Shown here: piece by piece, positions 40,366-47,373 of the stretch
Position numbering within the stretch: position 1 is the stretch's first letter
How the letters are laid out: each line of letters opens with the position of its first letter
Assembly: GCA_029240195.1 (NCBI GenBank)
Contig: JARBTN010000001.1
Coordinates: forward strand, 1-57,930
Origin: Chlamydiales bacterium
Lineage (GTDB): Bacteria > Chlamydiota > Chlamydiia > Chlamydiales > JARBTN01
Direction of reading: 5' to 3'
Length of the DNA: 57,930 nt
Notes under the pieces: generated by a model
Database searches by the model: none
Seen by the model: only the letters and a program-made list of their open reading frames with translations
What the model was told of the DNA's origin: nothing
Position numbers and translations under genes: made by a program

Positions 40366-41237
40366 TGAAGCCGAAAATGCCGCTTGGCCAGTCCTTACTC
40401 TTTATCTTTCTCTCGACCCTGCTCATCTCAGGGTCTGCGCACCTGGCTTGGAGCTACTACCTCTATCTGCAAAAAGAGCGCTCTCAAGATAGCAAGTATG
40501 CGGTGCAATACATTGTGCAAGACTGCCGCCGCGGCGAGGCGCTCAACACCCTCTACCTGGCCGAACTATTGCAGCTCTCGCAAGATGAACCGACCAATCT
40601 CTATGCCCTAAAAGCTGAGAGCGCCGTGAGAAAGCTACTCAAAAGCCCGCTCATCAAACAAGCTAAAGTGCGCAAGATCTATCCAAATGCCCTCTATATC
40701 GAGTACGCCGCAAGAAGCCCCATCGCTTTTTTGGGCGACTTGGAAAATACCGCCCTCGATGAAGAGGGGTTTATCTTTCCCCTCATTCCCTTTTTTTCAC
40801 CAAAAAGGCTGCCGCAGATCTTTTTGGGCCTGAAAACGGTTCCGCCTCTAGACAATAGCATTTCCGTGCGCGGCCCCGCTCTAAACTTGGCCTACGACCT
40901 GCTCCATGAGCTCTCCTTGATCGGCATTGCTCCCTTTAAAATCAAGGTCATCGATGTCTCCAAGGCCTTTGCTGACGAATTGGCAGCTCAAGAAGTGGTC
41001 ATCTGCTTTGATGAGGCGCTGGAAAATAGAGAGACCGCGCAGCACTTCATGCGCTTATCGCCCAATTCCTATCTCCAGCAGCTGGCTCACTTCAAAGCGC
41101 TGCGAGAAAAGCTTCTACAAGGAAAAACGGCCCAGGGCATTGCCCCAGGCCAACCCCTGCTGATCGATTTGAGGTTTAAGCAGACCGCCTTTTTAAAAAA
41201 TATCACACCAAGCTCTTCAGCGCCTGCCATTCGCTAA
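40365..41237 (+). CDS. ftsQ: FtsQ-like cell division protein (single TM plus POTRA-like domain)
   Basis: TGATG overlap with murC. TM LLFIFLSTLLISGSAHLAW. POTRA-like ...IKQAKVRKIYPNALYIEYAARSPIAFLGDLENTALDEEGFIFP. It sits at the usual end of the dcw cluster. Confidence 0.65.
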   Translation: MKPKMPLGQSLLFIFLSTLLISGSAHLAWSYYLYLQKERSQDSKYAVQYIVQDCRRGEALNTLYLAELLQLSQDEPTNLYALKAESAVRKLLKSPLIKQAKVRKIYPNALYIEYAARSPIAFLGDLENTALDEEGFIFPLIPFFSPKRLPQIFLGLKTVPPLDNSISVRGPALNLAYDLLHELSLIGIAPFKIKVIDVSKAFADELAAQEVVICFDEALENRETAQHFMRLSPNSYLQQLAHFKALREKLLQGKTAQGIAPGQPLLIDLRFKQTAFLKNITPSSSAPAIR

Positions 41238-42384
41238 TTGGCCACTCTTCAAAGTACTTTTCCCGCTTCTTCAACGCGCTCTCAATCATGCGGTCTAATA
41301 CTTCGGTCATCAGCAGCTCAGGCTCCGACTCTTGCCAAAGATAAAAGGCCAGCGATCCGGGGATTGGATTGACCTCGTTGAACAGCAGATGGTCTGTCGC
41401 TAAATCGAGCATGAAATCCAAGCGCACAATGCCGCTGCAGCCGAGAAGAGAAAAGATCTTGAGCGCCCTTTCTTTCACCGCGGCCTTGATCTCAGGGCTT
41501 AGCGAATCGGGATTGATGGCGCGCGCCAAAGAAGCCATGCCGCCTCTCTTGCCTCCCTTTTTGCCGCCCTTCAAATACTTGTCTTCATAGGTCAAAATGC
41601 CCGCATCGTTGCCCTTGGGGATCTCCACAACAGAGGCCATCGGCTCTTTGCCGTCTAAGATAGAGATGTTGATCTCTAAAAAATGCTCTAGGCAAGGCTC
41701 CACCAAGACCTCATAGTCGATGCTGGCAGCAGATAATAGCGCCTCTTCTAAGCTCTCTTTGTCCGTCGCCTTGCCAATGCCAATGCTCGAACCCAATCGA
41801 TTGGGCTTCACAAATAAAGGAAAATCCATTTTAGACATAAGCCCATCGACCGTCTCTTTAAAATGGCTCTGCAAATCGCTCTTCAACACCCGCTCGCCTG
41901 GCAAAACCTCAATCCCATGCTCTTTTAAAAATACCTTCGTCACATGCTTGTTCATCATCATCGCCGACGATAAGAGATTGGAGCTTGCGTATGGCACATC
42001 GGCCATTTCAAAGAGCGCCTGCAAGCGGCCGTCCTCACCATAAGCGCCATGGAAGGCCAAAAAGAAGAGATCGACCGGCAAAAAATGCTCCTTCACCTGT
42101 CCAAAAAGACCTTTTCTTTGGCAAATTAGCCCGCTTCTACCAGGCTTTAACGAGCACGTCACCGCCTCCACCTCTTTCAAAGAGGCCGGGTAGCGCAAGT
42201 AAAACTGCTTGTCATAGAGTGCCTCACCCGTATACCAAGCGCCCTTTTGGTCGACGTAGACCAAGATCGACTCATACTTCACCGGATCGAGCGCTTCCAT
42301 CACCTGCATTGCCGTCAGCACCGAGATCTCATGCTCTAAAGAGCGCTCTCCAAATAAAATAGCTATCTTCAATTTCTCTTTCAT
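41203..42384 (-). CDS. ddl: D-alanine--D-alanine ligase family (ATP-grasp) with a Gly/Lys-rich insertion
   Basis: KIAILFGERSLEHEISVLTA, FLAFHGAYGEDGRLQALFE, LFVKPNRLGSSIGI and FNEVNPIPG. The insertion is KGGKKGGKRGG. I trimmed the ORF to ATG 42384 after GAGAGG. The 3-prime end overlaps ftsQ by 35 nt, convergently. Confidence 0.8.
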   Translation of the reverse strand: MKEKLKIAILFGERSLEHEISVLTAMQVMEALDPVKYESILVYVDQKGAWYTGEALYDKQFYLRYPASLKEVEAVTCSLKPGRSGLICQRKGLFGQVKEHFLPVDLFFLAFHGAYGEDGRLQALFEMADVPYASSNLLSSAMMMNKHVTKVFLKEHGIEVLPGERVLKSDLQSHFKETVDGLMSKMDFPLFVKPNRLGSSIGIGKATDKESLEEALLSAASIDYEVLVEPCLEHFLEINISILDGKEPMASVVEIPKGNDAGILTYEDKYLKGGKKGGKRGGMASLARAINPDSLSPEIKAAVKERALKIFSLLGCSGIVRLDFMLDLATDHLLFNEVNPIPGSLAFYLWQESEPELLMTEVLDRMIESALKKREKYFEEWPISEWQALKSLV

Positions 42385-42486
42385 AATCCTCTCTCTTTGA
42401 AGGGGAAAGGCTTTGCCTCTCCCCTTAGACCCCTCTCTACCAAAGGACTTCGCCCTTTGGAATCCGTATTTTTTTAAGGGGTTTCT

Positions 42487-42582
42487 AGCCTTTTTCTTGG
42501 GCGTCACTGATGGCCAATGCCATCAGAGGCCGCCCCAAGAAAAAGGCTTCCAGTTGCCAAGAAAATAGCATTTTCTTGGCAA
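42487..42582. repeat. Two adjacent hairpins built from four copies of CCAAGAAAA / TTTTCTTGG
   Basis: Hairpin 1 (42487-42548): agcctttttcttgggcg..ctgatggc-caat-gccatcag..cgccccaagaaaaaggct. Hairpin 2 (42554-42582): ttgccaagaaaat-agc-attttcttggcaa, a perfect 13-bp stem. Confidence 0.5.
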
Positions 42583-42740
42583 GTATACCTTCTTAACCCC
42601 AAAGCTACCATTGAAAACGCTCTTCCTTTTTTTTATCAAGCAGCTTTAAGTCTCAATTTTTTCAAGAGAGGATATTTTTTTGCTTTATAAGCAAAACATC
42701 AATAAAATTACTATGTGAACAACAATTTTTTTAAGGAGCT

Positions 42741-43088
42741 ATGGAAATGAATAGTTTTTATGACCAATACCAACAGAACCTAGACACTGTAAGTCAATTC
42801 ATCCAATATAAATTAAGCGGCAGTTTAGACGAAAAAGGAATGAAAGCCGTATTTGATCATAAGGGTCGCAAATGGACGATTTTAAATAGCTCAGAAGAAA
42901 GCCGTCTAGCCATTCAGCAAATTCTCTATGCTCCAGACCTCTTTAGAATGTACGAGATGTATAGTGTACAGCCTGTGGTCGACTTAAAGACAGATGCCCA
43001 GGGGAATTTGCGGATTTCGTTAAAAGGATTCGCAAGGTCTGATGGTATGCAGAGTGCCTTATTTAGCATGGCTCGCGGCGTTAAATAA
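42741..43088 (+). CDS. Hypothetical 115-aa protein
   Basis: ORF with ATG after AAGGAG, followed by family hairpin copy D. I recognise no motif. Confidence 0.4.
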   Translation: MEMNSFYDQYQQNLDTVSQFIQYKLSGSLDEKGMKAVFDHKGRKWTILNSSEESRLAIQQILYAPDLFRMYEMYSVQPVVDLKTDAQGNLRISLKGFARSDGMQSALFSMARGVK

Positions 43089-43164
43089 AAATGCAGAGCC
43101 ATTCTTTAGAAGAGGCAGATCTCTCTCTGCTACAAATGATAGGCTTTAGTGTTTAAAAGGATAT

Positions 43165-43210
43165 AAAAAGGCATTAAGCCTTAGGGTAGGCCCCATGGTT
43201 TAATGCCTTT
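43165..43210. terminator. Bidirectional hairpin, copy D of the family (diverged)
   Basis: aaaaaGGCATTAAGCC-ttagggtaggccccat-GGTTTAATGCCttta lies between convergent 42741..43088 and 43237..45486. Confidence 0.5.
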
Positions 43211-43236
43211 ATCCTTCAAAAAGAAGAGGCTTTTTT

Positions 43237-45486
43237 TCAGCTAAAGCTCTCGGCATAGATTTCCTCGAGCTGTTTGAGTAGCTGAGAGTTTTCCTCAATG
43301 CGTTGGTCTAAATCGATCTGGCGGTCATCTAAAGCTTCGATGAGTTTTACAATTTCTCCCCTTTTTTGTTGGTTGAAGAGCTCTTGAAAGAGCATCGTAT
43401 AGATCTCATCTCTCAAATTTTTGCTGGAAGAGAGGTTTTCTAGCTCCTTGACCAATTTGGTACACTTGATGTGTTCCCCTTTTTTTATCATCGTCACGTA
43501 TTTGTGAAAGAGCAGCAAGTTTGTCTGTTGCTCTGTCTCTAGAATCGTGTCCTTTAAAATCCAGGAAACTTCTGTCTCTTGTTTCTCTGAAGCTTTATCA
43601 AGAGCTAGAAAAATTTCCTCTCTTTTCTCAATGCTTGCCCTCTCTCGCCAATCAGGCGCAATTGCATCTAACCTGGCAGCCAGCTCCCATAAAATCGGCT
43701 GATAAGAGGGAGAAGCCATCTTCTTAAAGAAATGATCATAGCCCAGTTCAACATCTGTACTCCCTTCTATCAATAAAAAGTGAGAGCAACTAGCTTCAAT
43801 GGCTGCTTGCATCACCTCTTCAGCAAAGGGGCTTTGCTGCACTTTCAACCCTTCAAATAGCTTTAAGAGAAAGCTAGTTCGATGAGGCAAATCTTCAGAT
43901 GTTGCCAGCCAGTTCGGCATGCTTTTTTGCATGAAATTGACAAAGTCTCTGAGATATGGCCTAAACTTCAGGGAAGTCAACACGGTATAAAAAAGAATGT
44001 AGGTGCGTATTTTTGGAGAGGATGTGGCATCTAAAAACTCTTGATAGAGTTCAGTCATCTTCCGCTCTTGCAGCAAGCCTTGTATGTTCTCAACGTCTTT
44101 TTCTGGCGCAGAAAGGTCTGACAAGGCTGTCTGTTCTTTCTGATCTAAGCTTGGCAAGACCTTAGATAAGCCAACATGCTCTCCTTTGAATTTCTTGACG
44201 CAAGTCTCTTCTTCTAGCATAGCTTTAAGCATCTCTAGCACATCTTGGCGCTGCAAATGGGCCCAATGAGGGGCTAAGAACTCTTCTAGCACTTTTTTTC
44301 TTAACAGGGGAGGGAGATATTCTAAGAAGAGAAAGATATCTCCATAGCGCTTTTCCTTAGACAGGGCCTCAAAGAAAGTGACAGAAGAGGCATAAGCTGT
44401 ATTTGCTGACTCTGAGCAAAGAGCCCTTGCCTGCAGCCAAAAATAGCCTTGCTGTCGCATGGCTTTATAGATGACATTTTCTAAACCCTTTTTTCTATTG
44501 TCGTCATGCTCAATCAACCTTGCTGTTTCAATAGCTGGGATATAAAAAGAATCTCCTAGTAGGTTCAGAGCGTGTGCTTGAAGCTGCAGATTCTTGAACC
44601 CTTGCGGTACCATACGCTCTATAGATTTTTCCTCAAGCCGACGAAACTGAAGTTGAATGGGTCCAACGAGATCAAAGTCAAAGATACCCTGCTTTTGCCA
44701 GGACCAAATTAAAGGAACTTTTGACTTTAAGAACTGCATGGGCAAGTTGCCGACAAAGAAGGTAAAGGTGCCTTTTAATGGCTCGAGACCCACTTTTGGC
44801 TCGGCTGTCACATTGGATATCAATGCCAAAAGCAGTTCTGCCAATTGTGATAGCTCTATTTGATGAATAGCTGGGTCGAGGGCTTCGCCAATAGAAATCA
44901 TTCCCTGGCAAAGCCTATAGTCATCCGTGTTTGGTTCAAGCCCTTCTAGTCTTTTTGCTATTTGGATGGCGCGGTAGGAGTAGAGCAAGGAAGGGGGCTT
45001 GCCTTCAAAACACTCTTTAAAAAGAGGCCATTTATAGTGCTGAGCAGTCTCAATTTTAAGCATTGTCTGCTCTAAGCGATTGAGTTCTTCTTCGCTCAAA
45101 AACTTTGCTGCCAAACCGACTTGCTGCTTGAGGTTTTGCCTGGCCAATTTAATGTGCTTTTTGATGAGGCTATAAGCCAAAAAAGCAGAGCAATTTGTAG
45201 GGCCATGCTCTTTCAGCTCTTGCTGCACTTGCTCTGCCTTTTCTAGCAGCTCGGTGCTTAGCTTTTTACAGTTTTTGCTCTGGAGCTGACCTGCCAAAGA
45301 AGTATAAGCGGCCTCTATTTGCCCTAAAGCTTTTTGAACGACAGGCTCTAAAACTGCTGCCAGCCATTGGCGATTGACTAGAGAAGCGGATTGCAAAGTT
45401 TCCTTATCGCACACCCTAAAGATTGCGGGCAAGAAGCCTTGTTCGATTAAACTATTCGGAATGGACGAGGTGTTCGATGAAAACAT
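43237..45486 (-). CDS. Large helical hypothetical protein with a degenerate F-box-like N-terminus
   Basis: 749 aa. Residues from about 15 to 50, GFLPAIFRVCDKETLQSASLVNRQWLAAVLEPV, resemble the F-box pattern (LP..i......L....lV...W). The remainder is helical-repeat-like with no recognised motif. Confidence 0.5.
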   Translation of the reverse strand: MFSSNTSSIPNSLIEQGFLPAIFRVCDKETLQSASLVNRQWLAAVLEPVVQKALGQIEAAYTSLAGQLQSKNCKKLSTELLEKAEQVQQELKEHGPTNCSAFLAYSLIKKHIKLARQNLKQQVGLAAKFLSEEELNRLEQTMLKIETAQHYKWPLFKECFEGKPPSLLYSYRAIQIAKRLEGLEPNTDDYRLCQGMISIGEALDPAIHQIELSQLAELLLALISNVTAEPKVGLEPLKGTFTFFVGNLPMQFLKSKVPLIWSWQKQGIFDFDLVGPIQLQFRRLEEKSIERMVPQGFKNLQLQAHALNLLGDSFYIPAIETARLIEHDDNRKKGLENVIYKAMRQQGYFWLQARALCSESANTAYASSVTFFEALSKEKRYGDIFLFLEYLPPLLRKKVLEEFLAPHWAHLQRQDVLEMLKAMLEEETCVKKFKGEHVGLSKVLPSLDQKEQTALSDLSAPEKDVENIQGLLQERKMTELYQEFLDATSSPKIRTYILFYTVLTSLKFRPYLRDFVNFMQKSMPNWLATSEDLPHRTSFLLKLFEGLKVQQSPFAEEVMQAAIEASCSHFLLIEGSTDVELGYDHFFKKMASPSYQPILWELAARLDAIAPDWRERASIEKREEIFLALDKASEKQETEVSWILKDTILETEQQTNLLLFHKYVTMIKKGEHIKCTKLVKELENLSSSKNLRDEIYTMLFQELFNQQKRGEIVKLIEALDDRQIDLDQRIEENSQLLKQLEEIYAESFS

Positions 45487-45737
45487 GTGAACCTGTTAAA
45501 AGAAAAAGCAGTGAACTATCTTTAAAAATAAATAATTTAATAGAAGGGATTATAAATGGGAAAATGGTTATTGAGCAATAGATTATTCTGAGAGTGTCTT
45601 GCAAGGGTGTTGAGGAACTGTAGCCAAATTTTGGGGGTCATATTCCCAAAATCTATCAAATTGACGGCATAGATATTCTCCTTTCTTTAAGGGGAGGAAA
45701 TGCCGTCAATTTGATGGGCTGCAAACTAGACGTTTTT

Positions 45738-45871
45738 ATAGCGGAACGCAACTCTTCGCGGGTCACACGCGTAACGCCTATCAGCGAATTAAGGTTTTTG
45801 CTGGAGGCAAAGGTGGGGGTGAGGGCTAAAGATAGCGTCTCTTTGAGAATGGCTTTAGTGCTGGTCTTGCC
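45738..45871 (-). pseudogene. Fragment of murF (copy of 48260..48400)
   Basis: About 134 nt align by eye with the intact murF segment at roughly four-fifths identity. For example, both copies contain ggcaaaggtggggg, agcgtctctttgagaat and gtgctggtcttgcc. The segment encodes GKTSTKAILKETLSLAL-like residues with no start and out of frame with the neighbouring ORF. Confidence 0.8.
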
Positions 45872-46110
45872 TCTCTAATTTTCTCCGGGCAACCACCTCC
45901 TGATCCAAATATCTCTGCATCTACGTATTTCTTAAACTGGGCAACATGCTCATCTACAATTTGATTTCTCCTATTAATATAATATCTAATAGGCTTACCA
46001 TCAAATATTGCCGGACTTCGAACTAAAGGCCCTTCTAGCGAGGCTCCTTGAAGAGCTCCAAGCTGAAAAACATAGCTCAAAATGATGCTGAGAAGGAACT
46101 TATTCTGCAT
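45826..46110 (-). CDS. Truncated/chimeric paralogue of 46132..46767 whose 3-prime end reads into the murF fragment
   Basis: Signal-like MQNKFLLSIILSYVFQLGALQG. GKPIRYYINRRNQIVDEHVAQFKKYVDAEIFGSGGGCPEKI is near-identical to the 211-aa neighbour. The out-of-frame murF-derived tail is REARPALKPFSKRRYL. Confidence 0.45.
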   Translation of the reverse strand: MQNKFLLSIILSYVFQLGALQGASLEGPLVRSPAIFDGKPIRYYINRRNQIVDEHVAQFKKYVDAEIFGSGGGCPEKIREARPALKPFSKRRYL

Positions 46111-46131
46111 TTTGACTCCATTTGAAAGCTG

Positions 46132-46767
46132 TTACCATTGGAAACGCTCTCCTTCTTTGATGGGCTGGGTTAAATTGGGCTTTTTCTGTTCTAAAACCTT
46201 TAACACGTCTTCAATGGATGCCCTGTATACTTCTATCCCATCGAGGGGTGCTGAATTCACTTCGGCTTTGATTGAAGCGTAACATACTGTACAGCTAGTA
46301 ATCCTCTCTAAGCTTTCTTCTCCAGCAGGTGTGATATAAATTTGTCCTTTTTTATCAGCAAATAGGATTGAATAGAATAGATTGCCTGTTGTGAAAGGAT
46401 AATTATTAAGGCCTGGGCGTACAGTTTCATCTAGGTTCACGCGATAAAGTAAATCCTGGTATCCCTTAATAATCAATTCCTTAGCTTTTTCAATATCTAC
46501 AGGCCCTGGAGCCGTGACTATAAATGAAAGATGAATGTTTGTGATTTTCTCTGGGCAACCACCTCCTGATCCAAACACCTCTGCATCTACATATTTCTTA
46601 AACTGGGCAACATGTTCATCTACAATTTGATTTCTCCTATTGATGTAATACCTAATGGGTTTGCCTTCGATAATATTAGGTTTTCTTACGTATTCAGTCA
46701 TAAACCCCAGTTGATTAGATGCAATAAACAATAAAAAACAGTAAAAAATAAATGATTTTCTTTTCAT
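46132..46767 (-). CDS. Hypothetical secreted protein
   Basis: 211 aa with signal-like MKRKSFIFYCFLLFIASNQLG. No recognised family. Visibly AT-richer than the backbone. Confidence 0.55.
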   Translation of the reverse strand: MKRKSFIFYCFLLFIASNQLGFMTEYVRKPNIIEGKPIRYYINRRNQIVDEHVAQFKKYVDAEVFGSGGGCPEKITNIHLSFIVTAPGPVDIEKAKELIIKGYQDLLYRVNLDETVRPGLNNYPFTTGNLFYSILFADKKGQIYITPAGEESLERITSCTVCYASIKAEVNSAPLDGIEVYRASIEDVLKVLEQKKPNLTQPIKEGERFQW

Positions 46768-46805
46768 TAAATACCTGTAATCATTTTAATAGATTTAGCT
46801 CTTCT

Positions 46806-47174
46806 TTAATCGCACTGTGAATTTCCTTTGATCTTGCTACCATTTGGAGGACATTTAAGATTTGGATCTGACCTATCTACTATTTTGAGAAAAAAGCAAG
46901 CATAGTTCAAAGAGACTCCTCTACCAAAAGAGGATACAGGAGACCAATAGATACTTTTATGGTCATAGTACCTAATGAAGGAGAGGGGCTCGGGTCCAAG
47001 CACTTCTAAATCGACGAAGCTAGCAGTGTAGGCTCGATTAGCCAAATTGACATTTTCGTAAATGGAGCTCGGTTCGATGCCATACTCGCTAGAAAGGGGG
47101 GCCGGGTCGTCCTCTGCTTTCAGTGAGTTTAGGGTGATCATGAAGAGGGTGAATGCAAGGAAAACGTTCATCAA
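46806..47174 (-). CDS. Hypothetical small secreted protein. The N-terminal motif is reminiscent of the start of Rhs/YD-repeat proteins.
   Basis: Signal MMNVFLAFTLFMITLNSLKA. IYENVNLANRAYTASFVDLEVLGPEPLSFIRYYD resembles the v.v.tG.y....Dl...Gp.pl...R.Y motif that precedes Rhs repeat regions. The protein is only 122 aa, so at best it is a fragment. Confidence 0.4.
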   Translation of the reverse strand: MMNVFLAFTLFMITLNSLKAEDDPAPLSSEYGIEPSSIYENVNLANRAYTASFVDLEVLGPEPLSFIRYYDHKSIYWSPVSSFGRGVSLNYACFFLKIVDRSDPNLKCPPNGSKIKGNSQCD

Positions 47175-47327
47175 TTTTCTCCTTCAAATAAAAAAACGCT
47201 CAATCAAGTATTTGAATATAGAAAAAAAATGAGAAAATATTCGAGAAAAAAATAAAATTTTTATCTGATATATTATAGAGGGGAAAGGGCTAATTGAATA
47301 ATATTAGTCCTTTTTAATAAAAGAATT

Positions 47328-47373
47328 GCTTTTAGCTTTTGGGAGGCCGCGCCGCCTCCCAAAAGCTAAAAGC
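47328..47373 (-). terminator. 20-bp perfect stem hairpin overlapping the murF stop codon
   Basis: gcttttagcttttgggaggc-cgcgcc-gcctcccaaaagctaaaagc. On the minus strand it begins inside the last murF codons and includes the TAG stop. Confidence 0.55.

Noticed and set aside
42385-42507. Lys/Arg-rich N-terminal extension of ddl (MTPKKKARNPLKKYGFQRAKSFGREGSKGRGKAF...)
   Set aside because: The Ddl homology starts at MKEKLKIAILFG, which has a good GAGAGG Shine-Dalgarno. The extension runs through the hairpin 1 repeat structure and looks like translated non-coding DNA.
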